Origin: Methanomassiliicoccales archaeon PtaU1.Bin124
Lineage (GTDB): Archaea; Thermoplasmatota; Thermoplasmata; Methanomassiliicoccales; UBA472
Direction: 5' to 3'
DNA: 64,000 nt
Assembly: GCA_002067865.1 (NCBI GenBank)
Contig: MVRC01000012.1
Span: 93,395 to 157,394 of the forward strand
Shown here in pieces: positions 21,086 to 28,882 of this stretch (its first letter is position 1; each line of letters opens with the position of its first letter). The translations under genes were made by a program, and so were the position numbers. The notes beneath the pieces are model-generated. The model had not been told where the DNA came from and did no database searches. It saw only the letters and a list, made by a program, of their open reading frames with translations.

Positions 21086-21673
21086 TTGACCATCTCCACA
21101 GCCAGATCCGTGACCGAGAGAAGGAAGAAGGTCGTGGGGCTGAACGGCACTCCCCGGGTGGGCGGCAACAGCGAGGTCTTGCTGGACCAGGCGCTCTCCG
21201 GCGCGGCGGAGTCGGGCGCGCACGTGATGCGCATCGATGTCGCCAGGATGAAGATCTCTGGATGCGACGCCTGCGGTTCCTGCACCGATTCTGGCATATG
21301 TGTCAAGGACGATGACATGACCTCGGTCTACTCGGCCTTGGAGGGCGCTGATGCCATCATCGTCGCCTCACCACTGTACTTTTCGGGATTGAGCAGCCAG
21401 CTGAAGGCGGCCATCGACCGCTGCCAGTGCATATGGGTGTCGGGACCGGCCCGCTCGGGGCGGCCAGGTGCGTTCATCTGCGTCGGAGGCGATAACAACG
21501 CCAACTTCAAGAACGCCGTATCCGAAGCGAGGTCGTTCATGAAGGGCATCGGGTTCGAGGGCAGGATGGAGATGCTGGTCGCCGGCCTGGACGTTTTAGG
21601 GATGGCTGCGAAGCGGGCGGACCTGCTCGATAAAGCGAGGGAATTGGGAAGGGACCTGGTCCTTCAGGCATGA
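21086..21673 (+). CDS. Iron-sulfur flavoprotein (ISF) / NADPH-dependent FMN reductase family
   Basis: 195 aa with GLNGTPRVGGNS (flavodoxin-like P-loop) and the compact Cys cluster CDACGSCTDSGIC typical of methanogen ISF. It starts 4 nt after the receiver gene. Confidence 0.75.
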   Translation: MTISTARSVTERRKKVVGLNGTPRVGGNSEVLLDQALSGAAESGAHVMRIDVARMKISGCDACGSCTDSGICVKDDDMTSVYSALEGADAIIVASPLYFSGLSSQLKAAIDRCQCIWVSGPARSGRPGAFICVGGDNNANFKNAVSEARSFMKGIGFEGRMEMLVAGLDVLGMAAKRADLLDKARELGRDLVLQA

Positions 21674-22440
21674 TAGTAGGGCCCGCAGCCCTGCTCCCTG
21701 TCCAGCTCCTCTATGCGCTTCCTGATCCAGCGCAACGTCTGTTGTACCAGGACCAGACCTGCCACCAGGCCGATCAATGCCAGCAGTTCCGAGTTCATTA
21801 TCGTGCCAATGATTGCCAGCAGATTGAACAGTGAGTGCATTCCTACGGCGATAAGGTAGTATGGCAGGACGTTGGCCGGGCGGCCATCCTTTTGGATAAA
21901 GCCGTGCCTCACGATCCCGAACCCCAATATCGAGGTCGAGCTGGCATGGAGAGCGGTGGAGGTGAGCGCCCTGGCGATCGCCGTACCGATGAAGATGGAA
22001 AGGCCTATGCTGTAGGCGTTCGCCTCGTACAGTATGTTCTCGAAGGCGGCGAAGCCCAGACCGATCGCAGCGCCATAGACGAAGCCGTTCTCCAGTTCCG
22101 TGAACTTGTTCTTGAAGAACAGGACCCCCAACCCTTTCGTTCCCTCTTCCACCAGCGGGGCGATGACGCAGGCCAACACGATCAATTGGATATCCGGGTC
22201 CAATATCCAGAACGGCCTAGGCAGGATGCTGCCATCCCCCAAGAAGTAAGTGACGATGAGCGTCTCCAAGATGAACGCCAGGCCGAGCGAGAAGACCGCA
22301 CCCACCGTGAACGCCTGATGGATGGAGGAGAGCGATTCCCGGTCGCAGATCTCCGCGTTCCTCAGCCACAGGATGTAGAGGTAAGGCGGAGCGACCGATG
22401 CCGCGAAGATGAGCGCTAGGTCGGGTATGGACAGGGCCAT
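21664..22440 (-). CDS. PrsW-family intramembrane metalloprotease
   Basis: 258 aa, polytopic, with motifs APLVEEGTKG, GFAAFEN and MHSLFN. Confidence 0.75.
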   Translation of the reverse strand: MALSIPDLALIFAASVAPPYLYILWLRNAEICDRESLSSIHQAFTVGAVFSLGLAFILETLIVTYFLGDGSILPRPFWILDPDIQLIVLACVIAPLVEEGTKGLGVLFFKNKFTELENGFVYGAAIGLGFAAFENILYEANAYSIGLSIFIGTAIARALTSTALHASSTSILGFGIVRHGFIQKDGRPANVLPYYLIAVGMHSLFNLLAIIGTIMNSELLALIGLVAGLVLVQQTLRWIRKRIEELDREQGCGPYYHA

Positions 22441-22466
22441 TCGAGATGCTTATTGGGGCGTCGGGT

Positions 22467-23267
22467 TTAAAAGGATTGCAGTGGTGGTTGTGCCGCGGGG
22501 GACGATGCGGCGGGGCTGTCCAGTTGCTTGATGCGCCTGCGGAGCAAGAGGATGATGCTCACGTCCATGACCAGCAGGATCGCCACGCAGGCGATCTGGA
22601 ACCATTCCCCCACGACCATGACCTCCGATATCGAGGCCAGCAGATTGCTGAACGCATGGAGCAGGACCGCCACCAGATAGAATGGTATCCAGATGAGCTT
22701 GGGCCGGCGGGACCTGTTCCACTTCGCGATCCCGTAGCCGGTGATGGCCGTGTATCCCGCATGGCCCAGTGCAGCGGTCACGGACCTCAGGCCGATGAGG
22801 AGCAGGGCGAACTCCAGGCCCTCCTCGGCGGCGGTAGCGCCGTAGAGGATGTTCTCCACCGCGGCGAATCCCAGACCTACCGATGCACCGATGATGATGC
22901 CCGTTTCCAGGCTGTCCATGCGACGCCTGAACAAGAGGACCGAGCCGCCCTTGCACAGCTCTTCGGCGAAGGGCGCGACGAACACAGCGGTGATGAATGC
23001 CAACCATCCCGTGGTGAGGCTAATGTCGGCCACGGAAAGGTCGCCGGTGGATATGACATAAAGGACTACGATCGCAGCCAGGATGAGCGCGCTCAGGATC
23101 ACGCCGGTGACCACGGATATGGTCGCACCAGCCGCGAAGGCCGCCGCAATGGTCCTGAACCGCTGTCCATCCTTCCGGTCCGCCCTCCACATCCACACCA
23201 GGTATAAGAGGGTGGGAATGACCGAGCCGAGGATGATGGCCACGATGGTTACGGCGTCCATGTTCAT
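22467..23267 (-). CDS. PrsW-family intramembrane metalloprotease (tandem paralog)
   Basis: 266 aa, polytopic, with motifs APFAEELCKG, GFAAVEN and LHAFSN. It is collinear with the downstream paralog. Confidence 0.75.
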   Translation of the reverse strand: MNMDAVTIVAIILGSVIPTLLYLVWMWRADRKDGQRFRTIAAAFAAGATISVVTGVILSALILAAIVVLYVISTGDLSVADISLTTGWLAFITAVFVAPFAEELCKGGSVLLFRRRMDSLETGIIIGASVGLGFAAVENILYGATAAEEGLEFALLLIGLRSVTAALGHAGYTAITGYGIAKWNRSRRPKLIWIPFYLVAVLLHAFSNLLASISEVMVVGEWFQIACVAILLVMDVSIILLLRRRIKQLDSPAASSPAAQPPLQSF

Positions 23268-23335
23268 GTGAACGCTACGTTAACGCAAAAGGGGATATAA
23301 CATCGTTGTCCAGCCACCATTGCCCGGATTCAAAT

Positions 23336-24238
23336 TCATTCGAATGAAGGGTCTAGGAGGACACCGGACACCTGCGCAGGTAAGGACGGGACGTCCTCGA
23401 ACCTGACACCCCCGGCCAGCCAGACCTTCAATCCAGCCCTGGTCGCCTTATCGATGACCCTCAGGTCCGGCCCGTTCGCCTTTCCCAACCGGTCAAGGCA
23501 CATGAGGCCGACCTGGGCGAATCCCAGTTCCTTCAGTGCTGAGAGGCAGTCGTCCAGTTCGGTCGGGTTTCCCCGAGGCCTGCGCCATTGCACCTTATCA
23601 TCATAACAGAGGCAGGGGATGCATTCATCGGTCATGTCCAGCACTCTCTCGAACACCTTGAACGAAGGCATGCCGATGGACGTGGCCAGCACCTGAGATG
23701 CCCCCATGGTGAAACAGTCGAAGACGTCCTGTTCATGATGGATGCCTATGTCCAACATGACCTCGCCCTTCCTCCTGAGGACGTGCTGGATGCCGTCGAG
23801 GTCCGGTCTTCCTTCCATGATCCCGTTGAGGTCCAGGATGCAGGCCGCCTTGCCTTCCACGACCTTCTCCGCCCTCTTCCAATTGTCCTGGAGCCTCTCC
23901 CTCTGGTCGCCGAAGCGCAGGCCACCGTCCCACGTGACCTTGACGACCGTGGCGTTCACGCTGCCGGCCTCGATGCCGCCATGGAACAGCGTTGGCAGCA
24001 TGGGCAGTATCGGTCTGGAATGGACCTCGGTCGATGCCATCTTGCTGTCGATGAACTCCTGGTATTCCTCCCAACCGGCGAAGTCGATGGGAACTCCGGA
24101 CTTGCCGCAATGCAGGCAGCGATAGGTGCCATCGTCATTGTCCAGCTGCGCCATTGGCCCACCGATGAGGACCTTCTCGGTTATCTCAGGGCTGTAGCAG
24201 TAGGGGCAGACCCGGACCCGCACCTCGTCTTCCGTCAC
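23336..24238 (-). CDS. Zinc-ribbon + HisA/HisF-like (beta/alpha)8 barrel fusion protein
   Basis: 300 aa. The N-terminus has CPYCYSPE...CLHCGKSG. The C-terminal part has ILDLNG and a terminal phosphate-binding-like VWLAGGVRFEDV, as in the His_biosynth family. This is recalled, not searched. Confidence 0.5.
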   Translation of the reverse strand: MTEDEVRVRVCPYCYSPEITEKVLIGGPMAQLDNDDGTYRCLHCGKSGVPIDFAGWEEYQEFIDSKMASTEVHSRPILPMLPTLFHGGIEAGSVNATVVKVTWDGGLRFGDQRERLQDNWKRAEKVVEGKAACILDLNGIMEGRPDLDGIQHVLRRKGEVMLDIGIHHEQDVFDCFTMGASQVLATSIGMPSFKVFERVLDMTDECIPCLCYDDKVQWRRPRGNPTELDDCLSALKELGFAQVGLMCLDRLGKANGPDLRVIDKATRAGLKVWLAGGVRFEDVPSLPAQVSGVLLDPSFE

Positions 24239-24294
24239 GACGGCGAGGTAGGCAGGAGGTGGTGAAAATATGTTGCGCTAGATGGAACGGCCGT

Positions 24295-25764
24295 TCAGGC
24301 CCCGGCCTCCTGTTCCACATCGTTCTCGTAGTCCAGCCCTTTGCCGGGGCGCAATATCAGCGCGACCAGGAACCCGATCCCGGAGAACACCATCCCCGCG
24401 GTCCAGGCCCAGATGTACCCGTCCACGCTCGTTCCCATGATGGTATGCCCTGGCACGATGATGGCCACGGCGAACCCGGCGGTGATGGCTGTGCCGATGA
24501 CCGGTCCGATGCTCCCTCCCACCACCCGGAACAGCGTGTTCATGCCCGACGCCAGCCCGAAGTCCTTCCGCGGCGAGGCCATCGCGGTCACATTGATCAA
24601 CGAGACCATGGCGAAACCCAGGCCGATTCCCATCACGAACATGCTCAGTGCTATCTGCAGCTCGTCCGCATGGAGTCCGATCAGTAGGGCATACCCTGCC
24701 ACCATGAGCAGCATCCCGGCCATCAATATCCTGTCCGCACCGATCTTCTTGGACCATTTTCCGGCCAATGGAGCGAAGATCAGCTGCGCGATGGCGCTGG
24801 GGAACATGTAGACCCCGACCTCGAAGGTGTCCGCCAGTCCCAGTCCTCCGATCGATCTCGGTCCCATGAGGAAATAAGGCAACGTCTGGAAGAACAGGAA
24901 CATCCCCAGCCCGACGAACAATGCGGTCAGGTTCACGCCCGCTATGCCCCTGTTGGCCATGAGCCTCATGGAGACGATCGGGTTGGGCACACGCCTCTCC
25001 CACACGATGAATCCGACAATGAGGACCGCGGCCAGGGAGAACAGGCCGAGGGTGAGGGCAGATGTCCATCCCCATTCCTTGCCCTGGGAGAGGGCCAGCA
25101 GGAACGAACCGATGCCGAAGCCCATCATGGCTGTGCCAAGTATGTCCAGTTTCATGGCCTGCCGCACCGGGGACTCCTTGATCGTCATGAGGACGACGAC
25201 CAGCATCAATGCCATCAGGGGCCATACGATGTGGAAGGCGGTGCGCCAGTCGAACTGCTGTATGATCCATCCCCCGCCCAGCAGCCCTATGCTCACACCC
25301 ACGGAGAACATGGCGCTGATGATGCCGATGGCCATCGGGACGAACCTCTTGGGGAACGTGTCGCGAACGATCCCGAAGGCCAGGGGGAACATGCCCATGC
25401 CGATCCCCTGCACCGCCCGGAACCCGATGAGCGAGGCCATAGACCAGGAGAAGGCGCAACCCGCCAATCCCGCAGTGTAGATGACCATGGCCGCAAGCAT
25501 CACCTTCTTCTTGCCATACATGTCACCCAGACGGCCGACCAGCGGGGTCGCCACGGCGCCCACGAGAAGGTAGGCCGAAAGCACCCAAGGGGCCCAGCTT
25601 TGCTCATTGGGGAACTCCTTGGCGATGAGCGGCAGCGCCGGCACGAGCATGATCTCAATGAACATGACCATCATGGCGATGAAGGCAAGCTCCACCAGAA
25701 TGATGCCATTGCCCTTCATCGACAACCCATCGCCATCGGCGTGGTCAGATTTTCCGGAAGACAT
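24295..25764 (-). CDS. MFS transporter, 14-TMS DHA2 (EmrB/QacA-like) type
   Basis: 489 aa with about 14 hydrophobic segments and MFS motif A-like GRLGDMYGKKK. Confidence 0.8.
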   Translation of the reverse strand: MSSGKSDHADGDGLSMKGNGIILVELAFIAMMVMFIEIMLVPALPLIAKEFPNEQSWAPWVLSAYLLVGAVATPLVGRLGDMYGKKKVMLAAMVIYTAGLAGCAFSWSMASLIGFRAVQGIGMGMFPLAFGIVRDTFPKRFVPMAIGIISAMFSVGVSIGLLGGGWIIQQFDWRTAFHIVWPLMALMLVVVLMTIKESPVRQAMKLDILGTAMMGFGIGSFLLALSQGKEWGWTSALTLGLFSLAAVLIVGFIVWERRVPNPIVSMRLMANRGIAGVNLTALFVGLGMFLFFQTLPYFLMGPRSIGGLGLADTFEVGVYMFPSAIAQLIFAPLAGKWSKKIGADRILMAGMLLMVAGYALLIGLHADELQIALSMFVMGIGLGFAMVSLINVTAMASPRKDFGLASGMNTLFRVVGGSIGPVIGTAITAGFAVAIIVPGHTIMGTSVDGYIWAWTAGMVFSGIGFLVALILRPGKGLDYENDVEQEAGA

Positions 25765-25942
25765 AGTATACCTCTACTATGTTCCGAACAAGTATATTGT
25801 ATATAAGGTATAGGTCTACTATGTTGGGAATAGGAACGTTCCGGATATAAAACAAGTTCCGCCATCGGTGGCCGAGAGAAGGCCGGGACCCCTCTGTTTC
25901 TTTCTAAACTATTAATTATCAATCGGGGTTTATTTACTCAGC

Positions 25943-26836
25943 ATGAGCAGGGTAGCGGTCATAGGGGGCAGCGGGCTTCTCGGCCAGAGCCTGGTGGCCC
26001 AGTCCGTCAACAGGGGCGATAAGGTCCTGAGCACCTACCAGTCCAGACCGTTCCCGATGTCCGGGGTGGAGAACATCAGGCTGAACATGAGCGACCCCGT
26101 CGAGGTGCAGAAGGTCCTGCGCTCCTTTGCCCCGGAGTTCGTAATATTGCCGGCCGCCATGACGAACGTGGACGAGTGCGAACGGTCCCCGACCAAGGCC
26201 TGGGAGATCAATGCGGAAGGTCCATTGAACGTCGCCCAGACCTGCAAGGGGCTAAGGGTCAAGCTGCTCTACGTTTCCACAGATTATGTATTCAACGGGC
26301 TGAAGGGGACGGAGTATTATGAGTTCGAAAGCCCGGACCCCATCAGCGTCTATGGCCAGACGAAGCTGGAAGGGGAGCGGTGCGTCATGGATGCGGACAA
26401 GCACAATCTGGTGTGCCGCGTCTCCGTCCTTTACGGATGGAACTCCCTGAAGGACAACTTCGTCACCTGGGCCATCAAGGAGCTGCGGCAGGGGAAGGAG
26501 ATCAATCTTTTCGAGGACCAGTGGGTCTCTCCCACGTACGCGCCGCACTGCGCCGAGGTGCTGCTCAAGCTGGTCCGTTCCGACAACAAGGGGATATTGC
26601 ACACGTCCGGCCCGGACTGCATGAACCGCTACGAGATGGGGCTGGCCATCGCCAAGGAGTTCAAGCTGGACCAGAAGCTGGTAAAGGCGATCAAGACCAA
26701 GGACGGGAACCTGCAGGCCAGGCGGCCCGGCCGTTCCTGCCTCTGCGTGGACAAGGCCGAATCACTGCTGCAGGTCAGCATGCTCCCGTTCAGCGAGGGC
26801 CTGAAGCAGATGAGGGCGAGCGAAGGCCATCATTGA
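25943..26836 (+). CDS. rfbD: dTDP-4-dehydrorhamnose reductase family (RmlD-like SDR)
   Basis: 297 aa with the Rossmann motif VIGGSGLLG, STDYVFNG and YGQTKLEGE (YxxxK). Confidence 0.8.
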   Translation: MSRVAVIGGSGLLGQSLVAQSVNRGDKVLSTYQSRPFPMSGVENIRLNMSDPVEVQKVLRSFAPEFVILPAAMTNVDECERSPTKAWEINAEGPLNVAQTCKGLRVKLLYVSTDYVFNGLKGTEYYEFESPDPISVYGQTKLEGERCVMDADKHNLVCRVSVLYGWNSLKDNFVTWAIKELRQGKEINLFEDQWVSPTYAPHCAEVLLKLVRSDNKGILHTSGPDCMNRYEMGLAIAKEFKLDQKLVKAIKTKDGNLQARRPGRSCLCVDKAESLLQVSMLPFSEGLKQMRASEGHH

Positions 26837-26913
26837 ACCATTGCATGCGCAATTCTTATTAACCAGTCGCTGCACTCCCACCTCCCATCGTCATATACGA
26901 TCGAGGTTTTGAG

Positions 26914-27498
26914 ATGAAGAGAACGGTTCAGAACCTGGCCAAGGCATTCGTGGGCGAATCGCAGGCCAGGAACAGGTATTCCATGTATGCCAGTGTGGCC
27001 CGCAACGAAGGTTACGAGCAGATCGCCGCGATATTCATCGAGACCGCGGACCAGGAGAAGGAGCACGCCAAGCAGATATTCAAGATGCTCCAGCAGGTCC
27101 TGGAGAAGGAAGCTCCTGGCACGAACGAGCTCACGATCGAGACGCCGGTGCCGCTGGTGCTGGGCACGACCGAGGAGAACCTGAAGGCGGCCATGGCCGG
27201 GGAGCACATGGAGAACTCGATGCTCTACCCGCAGATCGCGAAGGATGCCGACAGCGAAGGGTATCCCGAGGTGGCAAAGCGGATGAGGGCCATCACGGTG
27301 GCGGAATCGCACCACGAGCAGCGCTACGGTAAGCTTCTGAAGCATGTCCAGGAGGGTTCGTACTTCAAGAGGCAGACGGCGGTCTGGTGGACCTGCAGGG
27401 AATGCGGATACGTCCATTACGGCATCGAGCCGCCAGAGGTGTGCCCCTCCTGCAGCCACCCCAAGAGCTTCTACCAGGTGCTCTCCGAGGAGTTCTGA
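26914..27498 (+). CDS. rbr: Rubrerythrin
   Basis: 194 aa with the ferritin-like diiron domain (ESQARNRY...EKEHA...) and a C-terminal rubredoxin-type CRECG...CPSC. Confidence 0.9.
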   Translation: MKRTVQNLAKAFVGESQARNRYSMYASVARNEGYEQIAAIFIETADQEKEHAKQIFKMLQQVLEKEAPGTNELTIETPVPLVLGTTEENLKAAMAGEHMENSMLYPQIAKDADSEGYPEVAKRMRAITVAESHHEQRYGKLLKHVQEGSYFKRQTAVWWTCRECGYVHYGIEPPEVCPSCSHPKSFYQVLSEEF

Positions 27499-27614
27499 GC
27501 AAACCCCTTCCCCACTTGTTCGGGTTGTGGGAATACCGCAACGAATTCAATAAATAGCCGTTGGTTCGTCGATTTAAAACAACGGCCTGACGGCCGGAAA
27601 TTTTCTTTCCAGAT

Positions 27615-28757
27615 ATGGTGAAGACGATGGCGGAACAGAACGGAGCGAGGGTAGGGGTCTTCATTTGCCGATGCGGCGGACAGATAGGTCTGAGCCTGGA
27701 CATGAGCAGCCTGGAAGAGCATGCGCATGCCGGCAGCGATGTGGTGGCGGTCCGCACCTGCGATTACCTTTGCCATGAGGAGGGCCGGAAGATGATCACC
27801 GAGACCATCAAGAGCGAAAGACTGGACCGGGTGGTCGTGGCGGCCTGCAGCCCCAAGCTCTATCTCGAAACGTTCCAAGAATCGGTCGTACAGGGCGGAC
27901 TGAACCGCAACATGATCGACATGGCCAACATCCGCGAGCAGGTGGCCTGGGTCCATCAGAAGGACAGGGCCGCGGCCACCAGCAAGGCCGAGGACATGAT
28001 GGACATGGCCATCGCCAAGGTCCGGTACCATGAGCCGGACGACCGCGGCAACATCTCCGTGGTCAACAAGAAGCGCTGCACCGGTTGCGGGATATGCGAG
28101 TCGGTATGCAACGTCAACGCCATCACCCTCTCTCCAGATGCTGAGTATGGCGGCAAGAGGAGGGCCAATGTGAACGCCAAGGCCTGCGTGGGATGCGGCG
28201 CCTGCGTCTCCGCCTGCCCCACGGCCGCCATGGATCAGACCTACTTCTCCAACAAGCAGATCCTGGCGCAGATCGACACGGCGCTGGCTCCGAAGGAGGA
28301 CGAGGTCTCTTCGCCCAAGATATTGGTGTTCAGCTGCAACTGGTGCTCATACGGTTCGGCGGACCAGGCCGGGCTGAAGCGCCTGGACATCGACCCCCAC
28401 TTCAGGACCGTGCGCACCATGTGCTCGGCCAGGGTGGACCCGGAATGGATACTGAAGGCGCTCTCGATGGGCGCGGACGGGATACTCATACTGTCCGGCA
28501 GGCCGGGACGATGCCACTATGACGTGGGGAACATCCGCACCAGGAAGCGCATGACCCTGCTGAAGATGGTGCTGAAGGAGTACGGCTTCGACGAGAACCG
28601 GTTCCAGATCAAGTTCGTCGATGCGGACCAGCCAGAGAAGTACGCGGAGACGATCAACGAATATGTCCAGATCATCAAGGAACTGGGCCCGAACCCGATC
28701 GTCCCGACCTCGATCGTCGACCCGAAGCGGGTGGAGCTTCCCTACCTTAACCTCTAA
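27615..28757 (+). CDS. HdrA N-terminal Fe-S domain + HdrA C-terminal 2x[4Fe-4S] ferredoxin domain (no FAD domain) fused to MvhD
   Basis: 380 aa. VGVFICRCGGQIG...RVVVAACSPKLYLETF...ANIREQVAWVH matches the HdrA N-terminal domain. CTGCGICESVC and CVGCGACVSACPTAAMDQ match its C-terminal ferredoxin domain. ILVFSCNWCSYGSADQAG...RTMCSARVDP...GADGILILSGRPGRCHY matches MvhD. Confidence 0.8.
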   Translation: MVKTMAEQNGARVGVFICRCGGQIGLSLDMSSLEEHAHAGSDVVAVRTCDYLCHEEGRKMITETIKSERLDRVVVAACSPKLYLETFQESVVQGGLNRNMIDMANIREQVAWVHQKDRAAATSKAEDMMDMAIAKVRYHEPDDRGNISVVNKKRCTGCGICESVCNVNAITLSPDAEYGGKRRANVNAKACVGCGACVSACPTAAMDQTYFSNKQILAQIDTALAPKEDEVSSPKILVFSCNWCSYGSADQAGLKRLDIDPHFRTVRTMCSARVDPEWILKALSMGADGILILSGRPGRCHYDVGNIRTRKRMTLLKMVLKEYGFDENRFQIKFVDADQPEKYAETINEYVQIIKELGPNPIVPTSIVDPKRVELPYLNL

Positions 28758-28882
28758 CCCATTTTATTAAACCATTTCCCGTTCTTCCACCTCCTTTCTT
28801 CGACCGACCGTGTCTGAAAAAGATACGTCACCGGCTTGTTTCTTTTAAAAAAAGGAAAAGTGAAAGAGGTTTCCAAAGCGGT

